NCBI GenBank assembly: GCA_036725345.1
Contig: DAIMEJ010000005.1
Location: forward strand, 19,717 to 83,716
Direction of reading: 5' to 3'
DNA: 64,000 nt
Source of the DNA: Syntrophales bacterium
GTDB lineage: Bacteria > Desulfobacterota > Syntrophia > Syntrophales > UBA2192
Numbering within the stretch: position 1 is the first letter of the stretch; each line of letters opens with the position of its first letter. This document shows positions 16,413 to 23,289 of the stretch, one piece after another. A program made the position numbers and the translations under genes. The notes beneath the pieces are model-generated. The model worked only from the letters and a program-made list of their open reading frames with translations, was not told the DNA's origin and searched no databases.

Positions 16413-18428
16413 TTATCCTTCCCGGCTCGGGAAAGGGACACTCGTTGAACATCTGCGCCCCTGTGCGATAATAGGACGCAACGGCTCAAATTGAAGTTTT
16501 GCCCCCCGTGGATTCCGAAACCGGATATGCTGACCCTCGGGCAACCGGATGTCATCAACGATATACCGGACCTTCTTCAGAATGACATAGCCGTCGATGC
16601 CGCCCTGCTCTTTCCACATCGTCATGTGAATTGTCGCCGCATACTCGCTCTGTTGTTTTCCCTTTGCGGTATTCACGCCCTCGTCCTTCTGGATGGCGAC
16701 CAATACCACGCCGCTTCCGACCCTGCTTTTCATCCGTCTTAGATAGGTGTCCAGATTCGGATAATCGTCCGGGCTGAATTGAAACCAATCCAGAATGTTT
16801 ATGGCGTCGGGGACGATCAGGTCGGGATAATCGGCGGCAGGACGGGCGACTTCTTCACGGAAGTGGAAACGCCAATCATTCATCAGGCGGTGAAACCGTG
16901 GATCGGCTTCCTGTTCGAAACGGCGCAGATAGATGTTCACCTCATGCCGATTCAGTTCGGTCGATGTATAGACAATCCGGTGATCGTGGTCGTTCAATCG
17001 GATGAAGTTAAAGAAATAGGTTGATTTCCCTGACCCCGGCTCACCCGCAAGGACGATGAGCGAACCGGGATGGATGTCGGCATATTCGTGAAACCCGCCG
17101 GGAAGGGCGAGGCTGATAGGCTCTACCTGCTCTACATTCCGATAATCCACGAAACCGATGTGCGACAAAACCCGCCGATAAGCCCCGGCCCTCTGCGGAT
17201 GCCGTTCCGCATCGCCCCTCTGCACGGCACGGTGCAGATATGTTTTCGTCCTCACCGTCTTAATTCCCGTCCACCGGGAAACCTCGTCAATGGTCGTCCA
17301 CTTCCCTTCGTTTGCGAGGCAATCCAGAATCTTCCCATAATCAGAAGGCTGTGACCTGAATTGTGACTTCGAGTGACCGTCACAGGGTTGCTGTGACCTG
17401 TTTTCGTCGGCAGTTTCGTTCAAGTCCCCGAAATCATTAGAGGCGGCATTTTTTTCGGGCGTTTCGTCAGCCTGTGACCTGCGTGCGTGCGTATTAAAAG
17501 ATATATTTATATATTCCACATGTGGTGACTGATCCTCTGCGGTATCATCGCCGGGAGCTTGTGACACATTTTGTGACAGGTAACGCCTTGCCCTCTTGAT
17601 CTCATCGGCAAGCCAACGGTGACGGCCCCCGCCCTTCCCCCGGTACTTCAGGCCGCAGGGATAATTCTCGAAGATGTGATAGACGGCCCCCGGCTCTGCG
17701 CCCTGTGACAGCATGGAGCATATCAGGGCGAACCCCGCTTCGGATCGCGAGGGGTACTTCCCGATCGCCCCTTCCGTGACGAAAGCCCGAAGGTCATCCG
17801 AAAAAGTGAAGTCCTCGGGATCGACCTCGACGGGGTTGCCCAGTTCCATGTCGTTGTCGCCGTCGGCTTCCTCGTCTGCGGCAAGGCCCAGAAACCACTC
17901 GGGCGCCTCGGCGATCCGCACATCGAGCGATATTTCATACAGCTTCCCCGTGTCCGGGTGAACAGAGCCGGGAGCGACCACGCATCCCCCGTCGGCCCTG
18001 ATGTCGAAGCCGTGTTCCTTGAACGTCCGGTTGCGGTATCGCGTGCCGTTCTTCGGGTAGCGGAAGTAGTAGTGAAACTTTCCCGATCCTGTCATGACCT
18101 CAAGCGTGGTCGGGAGTCTCCACTTCTGACCCTCGGCGTACTTCCGAAACCGATCAAGATCGTCAATATCGAGAACGATCAGGCCCGATGCGGGACCGCA
18201 GGCGATCCCGGCGTTCTTGCCGATGTACTCACAGCCGTGAAACGGCCTTTGCTCCCTGCACCACTTCTGCCAATCGCTTTCGAAGGGAGCCTTGCCGATG
18301 AGCGGTATTAGGGAAAGGTCTCTCTCGTCGTGTAGCTCCCGCCACAGCAAGGGCGATTTATTTTCTGCGAGTGTTCCGACCTGCTCGGGCGTCAAGTCTT
18401 TCCACTTCCTTTCCGGTTGTTCGTTCAT
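16413..18428 (-). CDS. bifunctional PrimPol-type primase / P-loop replicative helicase
   Basis: Start trimmed to the ATG at 18428, preceded by GGAGGTGG. The N-terminal Prim-Pol pattern is GKAPFESDWQKW...GIACGPASGLIVLDIDD. A low-complexity linker and a wHTH-like segment follow, then Walker A LAGEPGSGKST and a RecA/DnaB-like C-terminal domain. Confidence 0.85.
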   Translation of the reverse strand: MNEQPERKWKDLTPEQVGTLAENKSPLLWRELHDERDLSLIPLIGKAPFESDWQKWCREQRPFHGCEYIGKNAGIACGPASGLIVLDIDDLDRFRKYAEGQKWRLPTTLEVMTGSGKFHYYFRYPKNGTRYRNRTFKEHGFDIRADGGCVVAPGSVHPDTGKLYEISLDVRIAEAPEWFLGLAADEEADGDNDMELGNPVEVDPEDFTFSDDLRAFVTEGAIGKYPSRSEAGFALICSMLSQGAEPGAVYHIFENYPCGLKYRGKGGGRHRWLADEIKRARRYLSQNVSQAPGDDTAEDQSPHVEYINISFNTHARRSQADETPEKNAASNDFGDLNETADENRSQQPCDGHSKSQFRSQPSDYGKILDCLANEGKWTTIDEVSRWTGIKTVRTKTYLHRAVQRGDAERHPQRAGAYRRVLSHIGFVDYRNVEQVEPISLALPGGFHEYADIHPGSLIVLAGEPGSGKSTYFFNFIRLNDHDHRIVYTSTELNRHEVNIYLRRFEQEADPRFHRLMNDWRFHFREEVARPAADYPDLIVPDAINILDWFQFSPDDYPNLDTYLRRMKSRVGSGVVLVAIQKDEGVNTAKGKQQSEYAATIHMTMWKEQGGIDGYVILKKVRYIVDDIRLPEGQHIRFRNPRGAKLQFEPLRPIIAQGRRCSTSVPFPSREG
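17348..17580. other. origin-of-replication-like iteron cluster with AT-rich core, inside the primase coding sequence
   Basis: CTGTGACCTG occurs perfectly at 17348, 17390 and 17471. TGTGAC cores are at 17361, 17559 and 17571. GTGACCGTCAC palindrome at 17372-17382. A 24-nt almost pure A/T run spans 17491-17514. CCACATGTGG palindrome at 17515-17524. Confidence 0.5.
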
Positions 18429-18526
18429 ATCCACCTCCGAAATGGATGTCCGATAGTCAAGGCGCGGGGAGCGGGTCGGAGTTCCCGCCGTCAGCCGATC
18501 GAGCCTACCCCGCACCCATTTTGCCG

Positions 18527-19480
18527 TCACGATAGAAGCCGCTTTTTGTCTTGTTCGTTGTCTGATTCGTGGCGATTTCTATCTCCGTCCAGTTCTGCAA
18601 ATTGTCTCAGGAGCCGAGCCTTCCCTGCGTCAAAACTAAGCCTTGCCGATGTCCCTTCGTATATGTCCGAATTGAAAGTTTCCCTGCGAACAACCAAATG
18701 GTCTATCTGGTCACTCAAGCGCGGCATCATGTCGGCAACATACTGAATGAATGAACCGAACGGTTGTATTTGATAAAGCTTTCCGTCTTGCCCTGTGTCG
18801 GTTGTCTGTTCTGCTTTCTGTTCAACGAAAACATCCATCCGCCTGATTATAATTTGAGCTAACGTTCTTGCCCGTTCAAATGTAGCTTCCTTCCAATTCT
18901 TCGGCGGCTCTTTAGGAAGGATCAAAAGAACCCGTTCAAGCGTTTCAATATAAATCTGCGCTTCAAGGCTATCTTCTATCGAAGATGCTTTGCTTTTCGA
19001 TTGCTCTTTTCTCTGCTTTTCTTTCTCGTAATTTATGGCATTGATAACGGCGGTCTTTGTCGGGATGTCCTCGTTCTCCCTCGCCTGCGCTTTTATTTTC
19101 TCCACCACAGCCGGGTTCTCGGAAATGGCTCGGGCCTGATGCGCTCGCTTATGGTCTATGCCTTCGGGAAGCACTTTTGATGGTGTACCCTTCGGGACAC
19201 CTTTCCGTCCGGTCATCGCTTTATCCCTGCTCGGCAATAGCTCACCGATGCGGCCTTCAATATCGAGAAGAAGTTCCCCCGCATCCTGACCGTCTTTCAG
19301 CGTGGCCTTTCGCTGTTCTTCTGCCATACCTAACTTGTCCATCGCCTTGACCTTCGCCCGGTAATAACTGACAGCCGCTTGCCCAATGAATGACAACGGC
19401 ACAAGGTCATCCAGTTTTCCGGGCAGTAGCTTCTGCGCCTTCACCAGTTTGAAAATCTCTGTGGCTTCTTTTCCCTTCAT
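18527..19480 (-). CDS. hypothetical protein (317 aa)
   Basis: Start trimmed to the ATG at 19480, after AAGGGGG. Charged, helical, and no family recognised. Sits between the AlpA-like gene and the primase. Confidence 0.55.
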   Translation of the reverse strand: MKGKEATEIFKLVKAQKLLPGKLDDLVPLSFIGQAAVSYYRAKVKAMDKLGMAEEQRKATLKDGQDAGELLLDIEGRIGELLPSRDKAMTGRKGVPKGTPSKVLPEGIDHKRAHQARAISENPAVVEKIKAQARENEDIPTKTAVINAINYEKEKQRKEQSKSKASSIEDSLEAQIYIETLERVLLILPKEPPKNWKEATFERARTLAQIIIRRMDVFVEQKAEQTTDTGQDGKLYQIQPFGSFIQYVADMMPRLSDQIDHLVVRRETFNSDIYEGTSARLSFDAGKARLLRQFAELDGDRNRHESDNEQDKKRLLS

Positions 19481-19505
19481 GGTATGCCCCCTTCTTTTTC
19501 TTTTT

Positions 19506-19700
19506 TTATTCCTTGACAACCTCGTTGAGCTTCACACCCGGCGATGCATCGGCCCACGATTCGATTTCGTCACGGAAAAAAATTAACCGTCCACCCGCCT
19601 TCCTGAATGGGATCCGTCGGCGAAGCACAAGGTTCCTGACGGCTCCCGGTGTCCGGTGGAGATAATTGCTCACATGCTGTACCAACCAAATTTCACGCAT
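19506..19700 (-). CDS. AlpA/excisionase-type HTH regulator
   Basis: 64 aa. IWLVQHVSNYLHRTPGAVRNLVLRRRIPFRKAGGRLIFFRDEIESW fits the HTH_17 pattern. Confidence 0.7.
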   Translation of the reverse strand: MREIWLVQHVSNYLHRTPGAVRNLVLRRRIPFRKAGGRLIFFRDEIESWADASPGVKLNEVVKE

Positions 19701-19893
19701 CGGGAAAGATTTCCTTCTCGTCGCAGGTGAGAAGCTTCGCCCACTTCCTGCGTTGCTCTGCCGTCAGAACCTTCCGTCCCCGCAGGACGCGGGACACATC
19801 GGCTTCGTGGATTCCGACCTCGCGTGCAAACTCCCATTGTGACCCGTGGGTTTCGATGATCCGGGCCTTCAGCTTCCTGTTCACATCCTTCAT
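19693..19893 (-). CDS. Cro/XRE-like HTH regulator
   Basis: 66 aa. SQWEFAREVGIHEADVSRVLRGRK is a helix-turn-helix. AGGAG RBS. First gene of the minus-strand operon. Confidence 0.7.
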   Translation of the reverse strand: MKDVNRKLKARIIETHGSQWEFAREVGIHEADVSRVLRGRKVLTAEQRRKWAKLLTCDEKEIFPDA

Positions 19894-19910
19894 GGCTCGC
19901 TCCTATGCTG

Positions 19911-19950
19911 AAAATAAAAAAAGCCGCCCACGCCAAACGGCGTGAACGGC
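19911..19950 (-). terminator. intrinsic terminator just upstream of the Cro-like gene
   Basis: On the minus strand, GCCGttCACGCC-gttt-GGCGTGggCGGC followed by TTTTTTTATTTT. It ends 17 nt before the ATG at 19893. Confidence 0.6.
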
Positions 19951-20076
19951 CTTCCAATTGCGAATTGTGTTTTTTAAAGAGCCATCATTGCAAATGCCGC
20001 TTCACACGCATGGCGGTGTCAACTAACTGCGCTGGGACGAAAAGGGTAATCACATCTGCGATGATGTTCTGAATAA

Positions 20077-20104
20077 ATTTTACTGTGTTATTTCTGAACG
20101 TCAA
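20077..20104 (-). promoter_or_regulatory. candidate sigma-70 promoter reading toward the Cro-like operon
   Basis: On the minus strand, TTGACG (20104-20099), a 16-nt spacer, then TAAAAT (20082-20077). Confidence 0.35.
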
Positions 20105-20241
20105 CAAGAAAATTGCTTATGCCGAAAATACTGCCCTATCTGATGCATCTGATGCATGGAAAGGTGTTGTGAAAATTACTGTGACTCGGGAGGCGAAAAG
20201 CGGGTTTTTTGTGCTTTACCGTACTTTCTGTGATACTCATC

Positions 20242-20286
20242 GAGAAAAAGAAAAAGGGTCGCAAGTCATTGATATACCTGCAACCC
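20242..20286 (-). terminator. element-borne terminator now serving the tRNA-Gly/tRNA-Cys transcript
   Basis: On the minus strand, GGGTTGCA-15 nt loop-TGCGACCC followed by TTTTTCTTTTTC. Homologous with indels to 9674-9708. Confidence 0.55.
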
Positions 20287-20299
20287 TCTGACTTTATTT

Positions 20300-20347
20300 T
20301 GGAGGCGGCAACCGGATTCGAACCGGTGAATAACGGTTTTGCAGACC
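20300..20347. repeat. att direct repeat inside the intact tRNA-Cys
   Basis: Identical to 9722-9769. Confidence 0.9.
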
Positions 20348-20375
20348 GCTGCCTTAGCCACTTGGCTATGCCGCC
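20300..20375 (-). tRNA. tRNA-Cys (anticodon GCA)
   Basis: Reverse complement GGCGGCATAGCCAAGTGGCTAAGGCAGCGGTCTGCAAAACCGTTATTCACCGGTTCGAATCCGGTTGCCGCCTCCA folds as a cloverleaf. Anticodon loop CTGCAAA, discriminator U, encoded CCA. Confidence 0.95.
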
Positions 20376-20384
20376 GTAAATGTC

Positions 20385-20459
20385 TGGAGCGGGCGAACGG
20401 ATTTGAACCGTCGACGTCTACCTTGGCAAGGTAGCACTCTACCGCTGAGTTACGCCCGC
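20385..20459 (-). tRNA. tRNA-Gly (anticodon GCC)
   Basis: Reverse complement GCGGGCGTAACTCAGCGGTAGAGTGCTACCTTGCCAAGGTAGACGTCGACGGTTCAAATCCGTTCGCCCGCTCCA. Anticodon loop TTGCCAA. Confidence 0.95.
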
Positions 20460-20476
20460 TCGAATAGAGGGGATTA

Positions 20477-20504
20477 TTAATAGCAAATCGGCGCATCTTG
20501 TCAA
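20477..20504 (-). promoter_or_regulatory. sigma-70 promoter of the tRNA-Gly/tRNA-Cys operon
   Basis: On the minus strand, TTGACA (20504-20499), a 16-nt spacer, then TATTAA (20482-20477), about 17 nt before the tRNA-Gly 5' end. Confidence 0.5.
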
Positions 20505-20607
20505 TAAAAAATTCTCGAGGGTTCGACGGGCCTGAATGAATCGGGTTGCGCCTCTTTTCAGAGGCGCAACCCGTGCGACACACCGCCCATGACCGCGTTT
20601 TTTCCCC

Positions 20608-20636
20608 TTGAAAAATGCGGGCTTTTTGGTTATAGA
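20608..20636 (+). promoter_or_regulatory. sigma-70 promoter of tRNA-Val
   Basis: TTGAAA (20608-20613), a 17-nt spacer, then TATAGA (20631-20636), 12 nt before the tRNA-Val 5' end. Confidence 0.55.
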
Positions 20637-20648
20637 ATGCACTCATTC

Positions 20649-20723
20649 GGGCGGTTAACTCAGCGGGAGAGTGCTACCTTCACACGGTAGAAGTCACTGG
20701 TTCAAATCCAGTACCGCCTACCA
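20649..20723 (+). tRNA. tRNA-Val (anticodon CAC)
   Basis: GGGCGGTTAACTCAGCGGGAGAGTGCTACCTTCACACGGTAGAAGTCACTGGTTCAAATCCAGTACCGCCTACCA. Anticodon loop TTCACAC, encoded CCA. Confidence 0.95.
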
Positions 20724-20812
20724 TGAGACGGCCAAAGGGGCCGGTCCTCACGGACCGGCCCCTTGCATTTTCCGCCGTCACGATATATGGAACGGGCAGT
20801 CACGGGGCCTTT

Positions 20813-21490
20813 ATGAATCTCCGGAAGGAAATCAAATATTACCTCCTCAACAATTACCTGACGTCTCTCGCCTATCACGTCTGTAACCTTTACGTGCGAA
20901 CCAACCGTGTCACCATCGAAGGTGAAGAGGTCATCCGCGAACACTTCGAGAAGGGCGGAAGCGCGATCTTCGCTTCCTGGCATCAGCGTTTCTTCGGCGG
21001 CTTCTATGCCCCCTGGATTCTGAAGATGACCCCCTGCATCATGATCAGCGCAAGCCGCGACGGGGATTTTGTCTCGACCGTAGCGAGCCGGATCGGCTGG
21101 ATCCCCGTCCGCGGGTCCAGTTCCCGGCGCGGCAAGGAGGCCCTGAAGGAGATGATTGAAGGCGTTAAGACCCACCGCTTAGGCGGTCACATCGTCGACG
21201 GCCCTCAGGGACCGCCCCGCATCGTCAAAGCGGGTTTGATCACCCTGGCACAGCGGACCGGCGCCGCCATCTTCCCCATTTACATCACCTACGAAAACCC
21301 CCATGTCTTCGGCAGCTGGGATCGCTTCATGGTCCCGAAACCCTTCAGTCGCACCCTCGTGCGCGTGGGTTCCCCGTTGTACGTCCCGCGGGAAACACTG
21401 AGCAACGAGCAGTTCGAGAAGATCCGCCTGGACATCGAGCAACGGATGATTCAGGGTTATGCCGAAGCGGATTCCTACTGGAAGCAATAA
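20813..21490 (+). CDS. DUF374 / lysophospholipid acyltransferase-family protein
   Basis: Start trimmed to the ATG at 20813, because the longer ORF overlaps tRNA-Val. Motifs FASWHQRFF, SASRDGDF and RGSSSRRGKEAL are typical of DUF374. Confidence 0.75.
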   Translation: MNLRKEIKYYLLNNYLTSLAYHVCNLYVRTNRVTIEGEEVIREHFEKGGSAIFASWHQRFFGGFYAPWILKMTPCIMISASRDGDFVSTVASRIGWIPVRGSSSRRGKEALKEMIEGVKTHRLGGHIVDGPQGPPRIVKAGLITLAQRTGAAIFPIYITYENPHVFGSWDRFMVPKPFSRTLVRVGSPLYVPRETLSNEQFEKIRLDIEQRMIQGYAEADSYWKQ

Positions 21491-21529
21491 AAGACCGGGG
21501 CAATAGCAGGGCTGCACCTCCCGTGCAGC

Positions 21530-22129
21530 CTAAAGGAAGGTGTTTTTGTAGAATTTATGGAGGTAATCCGCGGCGGACACGATACTCAGGGCCAGGGCGA
21601 GGTAGAGAATGGCCATGCCCACCCCGTGGGCGTCGATCCCCAAGAAGGGGTAATGGATGATCAGGGCCGAGACGGCCACAATCTGACAGAGCGTCTTCTT
21701 TTTAGCGAGCGGGCTTGCCCCGATCACTTGCCCGCTCACCGAGGCAATGGACCGGATGCCGTCGACGACCAGATCCCGGATGACCATGACGGCCACGATC
21801 CATGCCGGTATCCGCCCGATGGGGATGAGGAGGATCATGGCCGCGCTTACGATAATCTTGTCCGCCATGGGGTCGAGGAGCTTCCCGATCTTGGTCGTGA
21901 TCCCGTAACGCCTTGCCACGTAACCGTCCAGAAGATCCGTCAGGGCCGCCAGAATAAACAAAACGGCGATAAAGAGGCTGAGCGTCGGGTCGGGGGAAAG
22001 CAGGAGAAGAAAAAGCACGGGGATGACGGTGACCCGGAGCAGGGTGATCGCGTTCGGGAGGTTGACGACCTTCCTGTGCTCCGTCTCAAGCGGAAGTCCG
22101 TCGAAAAATCTTTTCAGCGTGTCGAACAT
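21530..22129 (-). CDS. pgsA: CDP-diacylglycerol--glycerol-3-phosphate 3-phosphatidyltransferase
   Basis: CDP-alcohol phosphatidyltransferase motif DLLDGYVARRYGITTKIGKLLDPMADK, with multiple TM helices. Confidence 0.9.
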   Translation of the reverse strand: MFDTLKRFFDGLPLETEHRKVVNLPNAITLLRVTVIPVLFLLLLSPDPTLSLFIAVLFILAALTDLLDGYVARRYGITTKIGKLLDPMADKIIVSAAMILLIPIGRIPAWIVAVMVIRDLVVDGIRSIASVSGQVIGASPLAKKKTLCQIVAVSALIIHYPFLGIDAHGVGMAILYLALALSIVSAADYLHKFYKNTFL

Positions 22130-22157
22130 ATGAGTCTATGGCCCTCAGGGCCAGACA

Positions 22158-22255
22158 CAGGGTTCAGGGTTAAGGGTTCAGGGTCCAGAGTTGCAGTTGG
22201 ATGGTCATTGTTCATCTTCACAACTCAAAACTCAACCCTCAAAACTGATAACTGA
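22158..22255. repeat. tandem heptamer repeat element (G-quadruplex motif block plus A/C-rich block)
   Basis: 22158-22199 reads CAGGGTT CAGGGTT AAGGGTT CAGGGTC CAGAGTT GCAGTTG. 22221-22255 reads CAACTCA AAACTCA ACCCTCA AAACTGA TAACTGA. Confidence 0.8.
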
Positions 22256-22270
22256 AAATAACGCAGAGCG

Positions 22271-22918
22271 TTATTTTCTGGGTATTTTCTTCCAGTCCGA
22301 CAGGAACTTTGCAATCCCCGCGTCCGTGAGGGGGTGTCTCGCCAGCTGCGCGATCACGGCAAAAGGGATGGTGGCGATGTGGGCCCCCATCAGGGCGGCC
22401 TCCACGACGTGACGCGGGTGGCGGACGCTGGCCACGATGACCTCCGTCTCGAAGTCGTAATTTTCGTAAATCATCAGGATTTCCTCGACCAGCCCCATCC
22501 CGTCGTGGGCCACGTCGTCCAGCCTCCCCACGAAGGGACTGACAAACGCCGCGCCGGCCTTTGCCGCCATCAGGGCCTGAACGGGGGAGAAGACGAGGGT
22601 CTGGTTCACCCGGACGCCCATTTCGGAAAACATCCGGGTGGCTTTCAGGCCTTCCGTGGTCATGGGGACCTTGATCACGACCTGATCCCCCAGCCCGGCG
22701 AGTTTTTTCCCTTCATTGACCATGCCGGCGGCATCGAGGCTCACTACTTCGAGGCTCACGGGGCCCTTCACGACACCGAGGATGTCTCTCACCACGTCTT
22801 CAAATCTTCTTTTTTCCTTCGCGATCAGGCTCGGGTTGGTGGTCACGCCGTCCACCATCCCCAGGCTGATGCCCTCCCTGATCTCGTCGATGTTGGCCGT
22901 GTCGATAAAAAATTTCAT
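22271..22918 (-). CDS. tal: transaldolase (short type) / fructose-6-phosphate aldolase
   Basis: 215 aa. [16 protein letters not shown]...GVTTNPSL and a KVPMT motif. Confidence 0.9.
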   Translation of the reverse strand: MKFFIDTANIDEIREGISLGMVDGVTTNPSLIAKEKRRFEDVVRDILGVVKGPVSLEVVSLDAAGMVNEGKKLAGLGDQVVIKVPMTTEGLKATRMFSEMGVRVNQTLVFSPVQALMAAKAGAAFVSPFVGRLDDVAHDGMGLVEEILMIYENYDFETEVIVASVRHPRHVVEAALMGAHIATIPFAVIAQLARHPLTDAGIAKFLSDWKKIPRK

Positions 22919-22972
22919 TTTCCCCTCCGCTCGCGACTGGAGCTCCGCCCTCGCGAAAGCGCCGCCCCATCG

Positions 22973-23269
22973 CTATTTTTCGCCCGCCTTGTACTTCTCA
23001 AAACACCCCCGGCTGCAGAAGTAAAGCGTTTTGTTGTCGACGGAGGCTTTGAAGGCTTCGCTCTCCGGGATGTACCTGCGGCAGCACGGGTCCTGAACCA
23101 GATCCTCGCTCCTGACCGGTCCGGGCGGCCGGGCGAAACGGTCTTTCCTCCGGGCGACGGAGGCCGCGAAGTTCCTGACGAGAAGAAAAACCAGGAACAG
23201 CAAAATGGTCAAAAGGATAATTCGAAGCATGTTTTTCGCTGGCTCCTCGAGACGAAAGGTTTCCGGCAT
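22973..23269 (-). CDS. membrane-anchored YHS/TRASH-domain protein
   Basis: N-terminal TM helix, then DPCCRRYIPESEAFKASVDNKTLYFCSRGCFEKY (YHS-like Cys pattern). Confidence 0.65.
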   Translation of the reverse strand: MPETFRLEEPAKNMLRIILLTILLFLVFLLVRNFAASVARRKDRFARPPGPVRSEDLVQDPCCRRYIPESEAFKASVDNKTLYFCSRGCFEKYKAGEK

Positions 23270-23289
23270 TCAGCGGGGCGGGGTTTTTC

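Larger units (their letters stand above)
9722..20347. mobile_element. tRNA-Cys-integrated phage-satellite-like integrative element (about 10.5 kb)
   Basis: Bounded by 48-bp perfect direct repeats. Contains integrase, AlpA/Xis-type HTHs, Cro-like HTH, PrimPol-helicase, P27 small terminase, HK97 capsid protein and AT-rich cargo. Both flanks are housekeeping genes. Confidence 0.8.

Noticed and set aside
20085-20291. 68-aa plus-strand ORF in the satellite control region, considered as a possible divergent repressor
   Set aside because: It has a GTG start with no RBS and no HTH pattern, and it runs into the tRNA terminator. The region is better explained as regulatory or attP DNA. Confidence is low either way.
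20266-20646. 126-aa minus-strand ORF
   Set aside because: It is translated straight through tRNA-Cys and tRNA-Gly. Its C-terminal peptide (CKTVIHRFESGCRLQNK) is simply the tRNA-Cys sequence read as protein, and the same peptide appears at the partial tRNA copy near 9722.
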